DNA of 64,000 bases from a bacterium (lineage in GTDB: Bacteria > Patescibacteriota > Minisyncoccia > Phycocordibacterales > UBA2100), in the NCBI GenBank assembly GCA_030647655.1, contig JAUSJH010000009.1, positions 82,196 to 146,195 of the forward strand. Direction: 5' to 3'. The position numbers and the translations under genes are program-made. Of the stretch, positions 46,009 to 55,759 are shown one piece after another. How positions within the stretch are numbered: position 1 is the first letter of the stretch; every line of letters starts with the position of its first letter. The notes beneath the pieces were generated by a model. It saw only the letters and a program-made list of their open reading frames with translations. It was not told the DNA's origin and made no database searches.

Positions 46009-47679
46009 ATGCAGATCCTGGTTTCCACACTTCTTTCAAAGCGGGGGATTACTGGAGCCTCTGCGGTTTCTGCTTTTTTGAACCCAGACTATGAACGACA
46101 TACGCACTCACCGTTTTTACTTCTCGGGATGGATCGAGCGGTGGCGCGGCTTCTTTTAGCGATTAGTCAGAATGAACGTATTGCCGTCTATGCAGATTTT
46201 GATTGTGATGGCATTCCCGGTGCCGCGCTTCTCTCCGATTTTTTAAAAAAGATAGGCTACGAGAATTTTGAAGTGTATCTCCCGCATCGCGATAGGGAAG
46301 GATATGGATTCCATACTGATGCGATAGCCGCACTTGCTGCTCGCGATGTGAAACTCATCATTACCGTTGATGTCGGGACGACGGCGCTCGACGCGGTGCA
46401 TTTCGCGAAAGAAAAAGGTGTTGATGTAATTATCACCGACCATCATGAAGTTACCGGCGCCTTGCCGGAAGCGGTTGTTGTGTTGAATCCAAAATTAGGG
46501 GATTACCCATTCCCCCACCTCTGTGGTGCGGCGGTCGCGTTCAAGCTCGTTCAGGCGACGCTTACCGAAGGTAAGCGTCTTAGCCTGCAGGCATTTAAAA
46601 ACATCCCAGACGGTTGGGAGAAATGGCTTCTCGACATGGTCGCCATTGCGACGATTGCCGACATGGTGCCTCTGGTCGGAGAAAATCGCGTCCTCGCGCA
46701 CTGGGGACTTATCGTCCTGCGGAAATCACCGCGCCATGGCATCACCGCGCTCTGCGCAAAATTACGTTTGCGCAAGAGCGAGCTTACCGAAGACGATATC
46801 GGGTTCTCGATAGCGCCACGCATCAATGCCGCCTCACGCATGGACGAGCCGATGTTGGCGCTCCGACTTTTGACCACAGGGGACAGTGATGAAGCGAAAC
46901 AACTCGCCGCGCAATTGGAAAAACTCAACGCGAGCCGCAAGGGAGTTGTCGCTGGCATGGTGAAGCAGGCGCGTTCTCATGTGAAGCAACGTTTTGGCGA
47001 GAGCGATCGTGTCATCGTCTTGGGAAATCCTGAATGGAAGCCTGCGCTCTTGGGGCTCGCGGCGAATTCCATTATGAATGAACGCGGCGGGGTTGTGTGC
47101 TTGTGGGGGCGCGATACGCTCGGCCGTATCAAGGGCTCATGCCGCTCAGACGGCGACGTTTCGCTCACAGAACTTTTCGCGAATGCGGGAGACGTATTTG
47201 AAGAAAGCGGCGGCCACAAGGCCTCCGGCGGCTTCACCGTTTCACATGAGCGCGTGCATACATTGCCGGAAATACTGGCGGCCGCGAGTTCGATGCTCGC
47301 CACCGTTCCGAGTGTTGCTGAAGCTAGCGCACATGATGCGCTTGTTACCCTCTCCGAGGTCACGTCAGCGCTCTTCGCGGAAGTTTCAAAGCTCGCGCCA
47401 TTCGGCGCAGGCAATCCGAAGCCGGTGTTTTTGGTGCGCGGCGCAATCGTCACCGGCATGCAACGTTTCGGGAAGGAAAAGGCGCATCTGGAATTACTGC
47501 TTGAATGTCGAGAAAGCGGCGTGCGGTGTCGCGCATTTGATTTTTTCCGCTCGCCTGAAGATTCCACGCATCTACCCGTGCAGGGGGAGGAGGCAGGTGT
47601 CTTGGCGACGATAGCGCGCGACTCATATCGCGGCGGGCTTGCACTTCGAATTGTGGATGTCGTTCCAGTGTCGGTATAA
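46009..47679 (+). CDS. recJ: Single-stranded DNA exonuclease RecJ
   Basis: DFDCDG, REGYG, TVDVG, TDHH, ATIADMVPL, PRINAASR, GGHKASGG, PFGAGNPKP. Confidence 0.95.
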   Translation: MQILVSTLLSKRGITGASAVSAFLNPDYERHTHSPFLLLGMDRAVARLLLAISQNERIAVYADFDCDGIPGAALLSDFLKKIGYENFEVYLPHRDREGYGFHTDAIAALAARDVKLIITVDVGTTALDAVHFAKEKGVDVIITDHHEVTGALPEAVVVLNPKLGDYPFPHLCGAAVAFKLVQATLTEGKRLSLQAFKNIPDGWEKWLLDMVAIATIADMVPLVGENRVLAHWGLIVLRKSPRHGITALCAKLRLRKSELTEDDIGFSIAPRINAASRMDEPMLALRLLTTGDSDEAKQLAAQLEKLNASRKGVVAGMVKQARSHVKQRFGESDRVIVLGNPEWKPALLGLAANSIMNERGGVVCLWGRDTLGRIKGSCRSDGDVSLTELFANAGDVFEESGGHKASGGFTVSHERVHTLPEILAAASSMLATVPSVAEASAHDALVTLSEVTSALFAEVSKLAPFGAGNPKPVFLVRGAIVTGMQRFGKEKAHLELLLECRESGVRCRAFDFFRSPEDSTHLPVQGEEAGVLATIARDSYRGGLALRIVDVVPVSV

Positions 47680-47688
47680 TACAGACTC

Positions 47689-48099
47689 ATGTCAGAAAAA
47701 ATTGTCATCTACACAGATGGCGGGGCTAGGAACAACCCCGGGCCCGCAGGAGTCGGCGTTGTTATCGCGGACGGTCCAAAGAAGGTCGAGCTCAAAAAGT
47801 ATATCGGCGAGCGGACGAACAATTGGGCGGAGTATGAAGCTGTCGCCCTTGCACTCACCGAAGCGAAAAAGCGCGGACTCGCAGGGCGGGAGATAGAAGT
47901 ACGCATGGACAGTGAACTCATTCAGCGTCAGCTTACCGACGAGTATCAGGTAAAGGAAGAGACGCTCTGGCCGCAGTATATGAAGGTACATAATTTAATA
48001 GTTGCGCATTTTCCTAACATCCGATTCGTGCATGTGCGGCGCGAGGAAAATGAGGAAGCTGACCGCCTTGTCAACGAGGCCATTGATGCCGCAGAATAG
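47689..48099 (+). CDS. rnhA: Ribonuclease HI family protein
   Basis: YTDGGARNNPGPAG, TNNWAEYEA, DSELI, HVRREENEEAD. Confidence 0.93.
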   Translation: MSEKIVIYTDGGARNNPGPAGVGVVIADGPKKVELKKYIGERTNNWAEYEAVALALTEAKKRGLAGREIEVRMDSELIQRQLTDEYQVKEETLWPQYMKVHNLIVAHFPNIRFVHVRREENEEADRLVNEAIDAAE

Positions 48100-48103
48100 G
48101 AGT

Positions 48104-48406
48104 ATGCGCGGACAATTCACCGGATTCATTGATTTCATGCGCGAACGTGGCGTCGCGGGCTTCGCCATCGGTTTTATCTTGGGCGGTGCCGCGCAAAAGC
48201 TCGTGCAAGCTTTCATGGACGACATCGTTAATCCCATGCTCGGACTTTTTGGGGGGAGCGGACAGAATCTTGCCGACTACACCATCGGCACATTTAAGGT
48301 CGGCGATTTTATCTCGGTCCTCATCAATTTTTTCATTCTGTGTTTGGTCGTTTATTTGGTTTTCAAAGTCCTGCATCTCGAGAAACTGGATAAATCCAAA
48401 GAATGA
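48104..48406 (+). CDS. mscL: Large-conductance mechanosensitive channel
   Basis: FIDFMRERGVAGFAIGFILGGAAQKLVQAFMDDIVNP...GDFISVLINF. Confidence 0.85.
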   Translation: MRGQFTGFIDFMRERGVAGFAIGFILGGAAQKLVQAFMDDIVNPMLGLFGGSGQNLADYTIGTFKVGDFISVLINFFILCLVVYLVFKVLHLEKLDKSKE

Positions 48407-49875
48407 TAGCGAGCCACATCCTCTGGGCGATCGTCGGAGGATTTTTACTCGGGGTTTTCGCGCGCTCGTTCGTGTCACTTGGGAACGCGTTTGTGTTATT
48501 TCTGCTCCTGCTTGCGGGCGGGAGCATGCTCTTAGCACTTCTTGAGCGTGCAAAGATGCGGGGGCTCGTCGTTGCCGCCGTTGCACTCACGGCGTGTGCC
48601 TCAGGGATACTTCGCATGGATGCGGCAGGTCTGCACGGTGCTGCCGAACTCACATCGCGTATTGGAGAAACAATCACGATAGAAGGCCGCGTTATAGATG
48701 AACCCGATGTGCGCGACAGCAACGTGCGACTGCATATGGATACGGGCGATGTCGGTGTGCTCGTGGTAGCGCCTCCGCATACGGAAGTGCGCTACGGAGA
48801 CATTATTCGGACCAAGGGAAAGCTCGACTTGCCAGAAACATTTGATACCAATGACGGCCGACAATTCAATTACCCGATGTTTCTTGCAAAAGACGGGATT
48901 TTGTACACGCTTTCATTTGCGGAAGTTGATGTCACTGGTCACGGCCCGACAAATCCACTGAAAGTCGCGGCGATACGGACGAAACAGAAATATCTCGAAG
49001 GTCTACACCGTGTCTTGCCCGAACCGGAATCCGGCCTCGCGGGCGGCATCACGGTCGGCGACAAGCGGGGAGTGGGAAAAGAGTTTTCAAACATTTTTAT
49101 TACGGTCGGGCTCGTACACATCATCGTGCTCTCCGGATACAACATCACGCTCGTGATGAACGCGGTCGGCATATTTTTCTCGCGGACTCCGCGCCTTGTA
49201 CAGCTCGGTGCGAGTGCCCTCATCATGGTTTTAATCGTGCTTATGGCAGGAGCTCCGGCGAGTGCCTCGCGCGCGGGTACCATGGCTCTGCTCCCGCTCA
49301 TCGCGCGCATGACGGGGCGCCTTTACCTAGCGCTCCGCGCGCTTGGGGTCGTCGCACTCGCGATGGTGCTGTGGAATCCATTTATTCTCACATTCGATCC
49401 TGGATTTCAATTGTCAGTGCTTGCAACACTCGGTCTTGTACTTTTTTCGCCCGTGTTTACAACGTGGCTCCCATGGATACCGGAGAAATTCGCACTGCGC
49501 GAGATTGCCGCCGCAACACTCGGCACGCAGACCAGTGTGTTGCCGCTTCTCTTGTATCAAAATGGTTTGCTTTCTCTCGTCGCGCTTCCGGCAAATCTCC
49601 TCGCGCTCGTCGCAGTGCCCTACGCGATGTTTGCCTCCGTCATTGCCGCAATCGGTGGAATTATTGCAGGACCTCTCGCGATTCCCGTTGCTGCTCCCGC
49701 GCTCGCGCTTCTGTGGTACATCCTCGGCGTTGCAAAATTCTTCGCATCGCTTCCATTCGCCGCCGTATCGGTGAGTGCATTCAGTGTGTGGTGGGTGTTT
49801 ATTGCCTACGCGCTCATGTTTGGTGGATTGTGGTTCCTGCAAAAAAAGCGGCGAGGTTTGAGCCCGCCGCTTTGA
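48403..49875 (+). CDS. comEC: ComEC/Rec2 competence protein (DUF4131 + competence domains, no MBL domain)
   Basis: GLVHIIVLSGYNI, SASRAGTM, DPGFQLSVLAT, LPANLLAL. Confidence 0.92.
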   Translation: MIASHILWAIVGGFLLGVFARSFVSLGNAFVLFLLLLAGGSMLLALLERAKMRGLVVAAVALTACASGILRMDAAGLHGAAELTSRIGETITIEGRVIDEPDVRDSNVRLHMDTGDVGVLVVAPPHTEVRYGDIIRTKGKLDLPETFDTNDGRQFNYPMFLAKDGILYTLSFAEVDVTGHGPTNPLKVAAIRTKQKYLEGLHRVLPEPESGLAGGITVGDKRGVGKEFSNIFITVGLVHIIVLSGYNITLVMNAVGIFFSRTPRLVQLGASALIMVLIVLMAGAPASASRAGTMALLPLIARMTGRLYLALRALGVVALAMVLWNPFILTFDPGFQLSVLATLGLVLFSPVFTTWLPWIPEKFALREIAAATLGTQTSVLPLLLYQNGLLSLVALPANLLALVAVPYAMFASVIAAIGGIIAGPLAIPVAAPALALLWYILGVAKFFASLPFAAVSVSAFSVWWVFIAYALMFGGLWFLQKKRRGLSPPL

Positions 49876-49924
49876 TACTCGCCTCGCAACGTGTGCTTCA
49901 CGTTACGGAAAGGTGCGATTCCGA

Positions 49925-50344
49925 TTAGTCGGGCTGCCCCGCCTCCGTACGCTCCGGACTTGGAGCCGGTTTGGCGATGCTTGCGGCCATGTGGCGATCG
50001 CTATCAGCCGGCGTATCAGCTTTTGCCGACACTGCGGCCAGCTTCGCCTTACGCTTCACCCTCGCATCGCGCTCGCCGGCCAGCAGGTTGGCATTCGCCT
50101 CGGTCACGTAGTACTCGCCGACTTGGTCGAACACGACGGCACCATCCTCAATGGCTTTCCGCCACGGCCTGTGGAACCCGGGGATGTGCGTCCTGGCGAT
50201 GATGTGGACCTGATCACTGAAGCTCATCTTACCGGCGTAGCGGTCGTCGGCTTCACGGTAACAGTCGATGAGTTCTCTCAACTGTTTCAGTCCAGTTTTG
50301 TAGTACTTGCCCGTTGGGGCCCTCTTTGCGGCCTGTGTGGCCAT
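49925..50344 (-). CDS. Hypothetical protein
   Basis: SD GAAAGG before the ATG and an upstream hairpin GGGGCTCCAC/GTGGAGCCCC; no family recognised. Confidence 0.6.
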   Translation of the reverse strand: MATQAAKRAPTGKYYKTGLKQLRELIDCYREADDRYAGKMSFSDQVHIIARTHIPGFHRPWRKAIEDGAVVFDQVGEYYVTEANANLLAGERDARVKRKAKLAAVSAKADTPADSDRHMAASIAKPAPSPERTEAGQPD

Positions 50345-50444
50345 GGTATTGCCTTTCTCGCTAGAGCAACCCATTGCGCGTACGCAACGGGGCTCCACGA
50401 CAGTGGAGCCCCGAAAGACTAGCGCACAAAGAAGTTTTAGACAA

Positions 50445-50870
50445 TCACATCGCCGAACCCTTCGGTTGCATGTACCACCCGACGAGTGTTGCGGGGATGA
50501 CCCAGTAGCCTAGGAGGACGAGCGTGGACCAGTTGGCGAGGAAGGGCCAGAAATTCGGAAGTACGTTCACGACTGCCGAAAGCGAGCCGCTTTGCGCTAA
50601 GACTCCAGCGACGCCTGTGATGAAGGCGGTCACGATAGCGACGACGAATCCTATAGCGCCAAATGTGATGCCGTCCTTTAGAGAGTTTGCGCCATGCCAC
50701 CACGTGAGGACAGCGACAACGATGACCGCGAGAACGACGAATGAAATATATTGAGGTGTGAGAACTCCACCGCCCGCTGAGGCAGGGACGAACGCGACAA
50801 GCGCCGCGACCACTGTGTTTATCAGATAATTCCCCAAAAATCCTATTAAGATTGATCGTTCAACGTTCAT
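50445..50870 (-). CDS. Hypothetical four-TM membrane protein
   Basis: Hydropathy pattern. Confidence 0.7.
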   Translation of the reverse strand: MNVERSILIGFLGNYLINTVVAALVAFVPASAGGGVLTPQYISFVVLAVIVVAVLTWWHGANSLKDGITFGAIGFVVAIVTAFITGVAGVLAQSGSLSAVVNVLPNFWPFLANWSTLVLLGYWVIPATLVGWYMQPKGSAM

Positions 50871-51015
50871 AATTGTGCGAGCTAGGGATAATGCATTCAG
50901 TATAGCAGGTAACCAGAGCGCGCAAGTAGGTTTTCCACCTTATAAAAAAGAGCCGCCGTTGCCGGCAGCTCAGTTCCGATAGTTGCGTAACAATCGATTT
51001 CGGACAGCGAGGATG

Positions 51016-51465
51016 TCAAGCGGTCCGGATGTAATCCTTCATCGCTCGGTTTTCGCGGTCGATCTCTATGAGCCGCCAGTTCACGACATCGCCGATGGAG
51101 ATCATGCCGGCAAGCTGCCCGTACTCGTTCAGCACCGGCATGTGGCGGAATTTGCCCGTCGTCATTTGCTCCATGATCGAGGCAGTGGTGTCGCTCGCCG
51201 TGCAGGTGACGAGGGCCTCTTTGGGCGTCATGGCCTGGTGGACCTGATATCCGAGTGCGACATGCCCGCACTCCGCGATTTTCCTCACGATGACACGCTC
51301 GGATATAATGCCGAGCGTGTCGTTGTTTTCCTCACTGACAACGAGGAGCGCGCCAATGCGGTGTTCAGCGAGCTTCTGCGTCGCGGCGACAAGGGTTGCG
51401 TCTGCCCGGACGGTAAAGACTTGTCTGCCGATTGGCTTCCCGTCCAGCATCCATCTGACGGTCAT
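51016..51465 (-). CDS. CBS domain pair protein
   Basis: HRIGALLVV, GIISER, MTTGKFRHMPVL, GMISIGDVV. Confidence 0.92.
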   Translation of the reverse strand: MTVRWMLDGKPIGRQVFTVRADATLVAATQKLAEHRIGALLVVSEENNDTLGIISERVIVRKIAECGHVALGYQVHQAMTPKEALVTCTASDTTASIMEQMTTGKFRHMPVLNEYGQLAGMISIGDVVNWRLIEIDRENRAMKDYIRTA

Positions 51466-51668
51466 GGCGGCGTTTACCTCAAGGTTCTAGTGTTTGCCTT
51501 GCCACAGAGGCAAGGGTCTCCCCATGGGAGTTTCGGAAGCCTATCGCCGCGGAGCCCTCTCGGTCAAGTTCGCCTTTATACGTATAAAAAAGGAGCCGGC
51601 GTTGCCGCCGGCTCGCATCCTCGGTTGTCAGGGGTTTACGAGGATGTACTCGGAATACTGGTCGCCGC

Positions 51669-52079
51669 TTAGTCCTGGGCCGACGGTGCGCTGGCCGGCG
51701 AAGGTGGACTCGCTTCGCGTGCGGTTAACAGAGCCGCCTTCTTGCTCGTCGCCCTCGACTTCTCGTCGTCGACGAGTTTCGCGAGGGTTGAACTGACAAG
51801 CGACATTTCGCGGAGCCCGGTCTTGTTGGCGAGCCACTCGATCTCGAAGCGTAGCGGCTTGAAGCAGCTGCTTGCTGGATCATCCTCGAGCTTCTTCAGG
51901 GCATCGTAGAACATGATGCCCGTGCCGACCAACGTTTTGTGCTCGAGAACCGTGCCCATAGATCTTCCGGCGTCGGCCTTCTCGTACTGCGCCCGCAAGC
52001 CGCTGAATACATCGAGCGCCCCGCGGCCCGTATCGTCACCCCACTTCTTGGGGATTCTCCTCGGCCTCTCTCTGGCCAT
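51669..52079 (-). CDS. Hypothetical protein
   Basis: SD GAAGGA before the ATG, an upstream hairpin and a downstream terminator; no family recognised. Confidence 0.55.
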   Translation of the reverse strand: MARERPRRIPKKWGDDTGRGALDVFSGLRAQYEKADAGRSMGTVLEHKTLVGTGIMFYDALKKLEDDPASSCFKPLRFEIEWLANKTGLREMSLVSSTLAKLVDDEKSRATSKKAALLTAREASPPSPASAPSAQD

Positions 52080-52174
52080 GGTGGTCGTCCTTCCGTTATC
52101 AGAGCAATTCCATGTTGACATGGAGCTTCGCGGGTGCGAAGCTCGCAGACTATACGACAAGTCAATGAACCTGT

Positions 52175-52771
52175 CTATTTTTGAATTTCAGCGAACCGCT
52201 TTTCCACAACATCCCAATTAAGGTTCTTGAAGAAGGCATCTATGTACTTGCCCTTGCCCGCGGCGCCATAATCAAGGATAAAAGCGTGTTCCCATACATC
52301 CAAGGCGAGGATGATAGGGAGGGTGACGAAATGGCCTTGGTGCTGTTCGCCGGAGAACCCCGTAAGCAATTCCTTTGCCTCTGGGTCAAAATAGAGGATT
52401 GCCCAGCCGGGGCCTCTCATGCTCCCAATCATTGTCATGACTTTTTCGAGCGTGAAGGGCTTGTAAGCGCTTTCAAGTGCTTTCGCGAACGGGCCTCCCG
52501 TGGTGAGCGCAGTCGAACCGCCTTCCAGCTGTGTGAAGTAGTACTCATGCAGTCGCATGCCATCGAATTCAAATGAGCGGCGGCGCACGAGCTCGGAGAT
52601 CGCGTGCACATATTTTTCCGAATCACTCATGGCAAGCTCCGCGATCTGTTTGGAAATGGCGTTGAAATTTTTCACATAGCCTTCATACAATCCGATATGT
52701 TGTTTGACCGACTCGTCCGAGATGCCTTCAAGCGAGGGCAGATTAAATTTCTTTGCTTCGTATGTGTGCAT
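52175..52771 (-). CDS. Fe/Mn superoxide dismutase family protein
   Basis: QHIGLYEGYV, GMRLHEYYF, GWAIL, LALDVWEHAFILDYG, FFKNLNWDVV. Confidence 0.9.
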   Translation of the reverse strand: MHTYEAKKFNLPSLEGISDESVKQHIGLYEGYVKNFNAISKQIAELAMSDSEKYVHAISELVRRRSFEFDGMRLHEYYFTQLEGGSTALTTGGPFAKALESAYKPFTLEKVMTMIGSMRGPGWAILYFDPEAKELLTGFSGEQHQGHFVTLPIILALDVWEHAFILDYGAAGKGKYIDAFFKNLNWDVVEKRFAEIQK

Positions 52772-52794
52772 GGAAACAGTATATCATTATCACC

Positions 52795-53655
52795 ATGCGC
52801 AGGAGCGTGCAGGTCAAAGGTGCGGCAATACTCGTGCTTCTCGCGCTCACGCTCTGCATCTGGTACGCGGCGATACAAGAGGACCGTCACGGTAAACTCA
52901 CTGTTTCATTTCTCGACGTGGGGCAAGGCGATGCGATATTCATAGAAGCGCCGAGCGGGAGACAGGCGCTAATAGATGGTGGGAAAGGCACTTCGGTTCT
53001 GCGTCAACTTTCTAGCGTCGTACCGTGGTACGACAAATCAATTGATGTCGTTGTTGGTACACATCCGGATCAGGACCACATCGGGGGGCTAGTCGAGGTA
53101 CTACGGCGGTACCGCGCACCGTTCATCCTGGAGTCGAGCGTGCTTGATACCAAAGGGGCGGATTCCAAGGCGTTTGAAAAAGCCATCTCGGAAGAAGAGG
53201 ATGCGAAGGTGCTCGAAGCCAAACGGGGAACCATTATTGATCTGGGAGACGGCGCGTACATCGAGATTTTATTTCCCGACCGAGCTCTCCCGAGCGTCGA
53301 AACAAATACCGGCTCCATCGTGACGCGGATTGTATACGGGGATACAGCTTTTATGCTCACAGGCGATTCACCGGATGAAATAGAAAATTATCTCGTGACA
53401 CTCGATGGAGAGAAGCTCAAGTCGAATGTGCTAAAAGCAGGACATCACGGTTCGAAAACCTCGTCCGCGCCGCTTTTCGTAGGATTCGTAGCTCCAGAAT
53501 ACGCAGTTTTTTCGCGCGGGTGCAACAACAGCTACGGCCATCCTGCTCCCGAGACAGTCGCGACCTTCGCGCGTTTCGGCATCCCGACACTGGATACCTG
53601 CAATGAGGGCACGATCACGTTCGTGTCGGACGGGAAAACTGTTGTACGAAAATAG
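52795..53655 (+). CDS. ComEC-type MBL-fold metallohydrolase
   Basis: N-terminal TM; FLDVGQGDAIFI, THPDQDHIGG, LTGD, LKAGHHGSKTSS, NSYGHP. Confidence 0.92.
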   Translation: MRRSVQVKGAAILVLLALTLCIWYAAIQEDRHGKLTVSFLDVGQGDAIFIEAPSGRQALIDGGKGTSVLRQLSSVVPWYDKSIDVVVGTHPDQDHIGGLVEVLRRYRAPFILESSVLDTKGADSKAFEKAISEEEDAKVLEAKRGTIIDLGDGAYIEILFPDRALPSVETNTGSIVTRIVYGDTAFMLTGDSPDEIENYLVTLDGEKLKSNVLKAGHHGSKTSSAPLFVGFVAPEYAVFSRGCNNSYGHPAPETVATFARFGIPTLDTCNEGTITFVSDGKTVVRK

Positions 53656-53728
53656 GGCGGCGACGAATTTTTCCCATCTGCGGGACTTTCGCACAAGGTC
53701 CTCGCCGGAAAAAATTTGTCGCCGCCCT
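53654..53728. repeat. Long composite inverted repeat between converging genes
   Basis: AGGGCGGCGACGAATTTTT...AAAAATTTGTCGCCGCCCT with an inner stem. Confidence 0.7.
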
Positions 53729-53739
53729 GCCGCTTTCAA

Positions 53740-53985
53740 TTACGCAACGAGCCCTGCTTTCTTGAGAGTGAGGAACGCACCGCGTTTCTTCATCGTTTTT
53801 AAGCCTTTGGCCGAAACCGTGATGGTGATTTTCTTGCCGAGTTCGGGGATGAAAAGAGTTTTGGTCTGGAGATTGACCTGCCGGCGGCGTTTGCCGGTCG
53901 GGTTGAACTTGGTCGCACGCGTTCTATTAGAATACCCCCCGCCGACTTGGGAGTGCTTGCCTGTTATTGCGCATATTCGTGCCAT
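53740..53985 (-). CDS. rpmB: 50S ribosomal protein L28
   Basis: MARICAITGK...KRRRQVNLQTK...VSAKGLKTM. Confidence 0.93.
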   Translation of the reverse strand: MARICAITGKHSQVGGGYSNRTRATKFNPTGKRRRQVNLQTKTLFIPELGKKITITVSAKGLKTMKKRGAFLTLKKAGLVA

Positions 53986-54053
53986 ACGTCGGTGCACTCT
54001 AACGCGGACGCTGGCAAAAGTCAAAATAAAAGAGTAAATGGTATAGTTATTGC

Positions 54054-54677
54054 ATGATAGGTCTAGACGCGATTTTTCTTATCGTCATCATTATCTTCTC
54101 TGCCATCATCCATGAGGTGATGCACGGTGTCGCGGCCGACAAGCTCGGCGACCCGACGGCGCGCTACGCGGGGCGCCTTACGCTTAATCCCATTCCGCAC
54201 CTCGACATGTTCGGCTCAATCATACTGCCCCTTGTGCTCGTACTCTCGCACTCATCCTTTTTCTTCGGATGGGCGAAGCCAGTGCCGTACAATCCGTACA
54301 ATTTACGGCCCGGAAGGTTTAGTGAGGCAATCGTCGCTGGAGCCGGCCCTGCATCCAATATCGTCATCGCGCTCATAGGCGGTCTCATCATCCGCTCGGG
54401 GCTTCTCCCCACAGGAAATGACATCGTATTTCTCATCGTTGTCGTCAATGTCATGCTCTGCATTTTCAACCTCATCCCCGTGCCGCCACTCGACGGCTCC
54501 AAAGTGCTTGCGGCACTTTTACCCCGTGCTTTGTCTGGTAGCTATGAAGGGTGGCGGGCACGTATGGAAATGAACCCGTTTCTCGGCATAGGCATTGTTC
54601 TACTAATAGTGTTTCTTGCCGGCGGCGCCTTCGGCAATCTCATCTACGCGCTCGCGAGCGCGATTGCGGGGGTGTGA
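54054..54677 (+). CDS. Site-2 protease (M50) family
   Basis: HEVMH, GDPTARYAGRLTLNP, GWAKPVP, FNLIPVPPLDGSK. Confidence 0.95.
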   Translation: MIGLDAIFLIVIIIFSAIIHEVMHGVAADKLGDPTARYAGRLTLNPIPHLDMFGSIILPLVLVLSHSSFFFGWAKPVPYNPYNLRPGRFSEAIVAGAGPASNIVIALIGGLIIRSGLLPTGNDIVFLIVVVNVMLCIFNLIPVPPLDGSKVLAALLPRALSGSYEGWRARMEMNPFLGIGIVLLIVFLAGGAFGNLIYALASAIAGV

Positions 54678-54712
54678 TCATTGTCCCCATTAATGATGCT
54701 AAACTTTATCTC

Positions 54713-55249
54713 ATGCGAGGAGGAAAAGAGAAGCTGAGAGTTGGTGAAAAGGCGAAGGCTCTTGCCGCCGCCGGCATCGCCGCGCTCGGAATAACTGGTG
54801 CCACGGACAAGTCTCCAGCGACCGCACAAACACACGATCCCAGTCTACGGTTCGAGCTTTCTCGGGAGTTTGTAACTCCGCTTACCCGGATGAGTTCCGG
54901 TGTTGATGCTTTTCTTAAGAGACACAAAGATAAAATTTTCTTTAATGCTGAAACAGGAGAGATTACGGTTCGCATCGCAAATGGTATAAGCAAAGGCAAA
55001 GGTCCTGTTGATCGAGAGAGGGTGAGTGAGGTAATGGTTCGGGCGAGTCAGGACGGAAAGATAATCTCCCTCAATTATCAAATTAAAGAGGCGGGCCGGA
55101 TAATCGGTATAGAAGTTCTCAATATTCGAGAGGAGAATAACGGAGAGCTAACCGTTGATGGAGCTCTAGACTTCGAAACAGGGTACGACGAAATTATAGA
55201 AGACACGACGGTCGTTCCGGGGGGAGAGGAGGGTACACGGCCGCGATAG
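54713..55249 (+). CDS. Hypothetical protein
   Basis: ATG 7 nt after TAAACT; N-terminal hydrophobic stretch; AT-richer than its neighbours. Confidence 0.55.
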   Translation: MRGGKEKLRVGEKAKALAAAGIAALGITGATDKSPATAQTHDPSLRFELSREFVTPLTRMSSGVDAFLKRHKDKIFFNAETGEITVRIANGISKGKGPVDRERVSEVMVRASQDGKIISLNYQIKEAGRIIGIEVLNIREENNGELTVDGALDFETGYDEIIEDTTVVPGGEEGTRPR

Positions 55250-55337
55250 AGAGTTGCGTCGGGGGCGGTTTCATAGTACATTTCTCGAGCTCCCATTGGG
55301 AGTTTTAATTTGCCTTTCGACAGGCTCAAGCTAAGCA

Positions 55338-55754
55338 ATGTCTACGATAAATCAACTTACGCGTAAGGGGCGCACGCAAAAGACGTGGCGCACGAAAACC
55401 ATCGCGCTTTCGCGCGGCTTCAACACGCTTAAGAACCGTCCATCTTTTTATCCCGCACCCTTCAAGCGCGGTGTTTGCACCCGTGTAACGACGAAAACCC
55501 CGCGCAAACCGAACTCCGCTATCCGCAAAATCGCCCGCGTGCGCCTCACCAACGGCATGGAAGTTACCGCCTACATTCCCGGCGAAGGACACACTCTGCA
55601 AGAGCACTCGGTAGTACTTTTGCGCGGCGGCCGCGTAAAAGACATCGGCGTGCGCTATACCATCGTTCGTGGCAAATTGGATGCGACGGGTGTTGAGAAG
55701 CGCCGCCGTGGCCGCTCGCTCTACGGCGCGAAGAAGCCGAAAGCCGCCAAGTAA
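55338..55754 (+). CDS. rpsL: 30S ribosomal protein S12
   Basis: [42 protein letters not shown]. Confidence 0.98.
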   Translation: MSTINQLTRKGRTQKTWRTKTIALSRGFNTLKNRPSFYPAPFKRGVCTRVTTKTPRKPNSAIRKIARVRLTNGMEVTAYIPGEGHTLQEHSVVLLRGGRVKDIGVRYTIVRGKLDATGVEKRRRGRSLYGAKKPKAAK

Positions 55755-55759
55755 TTTTT

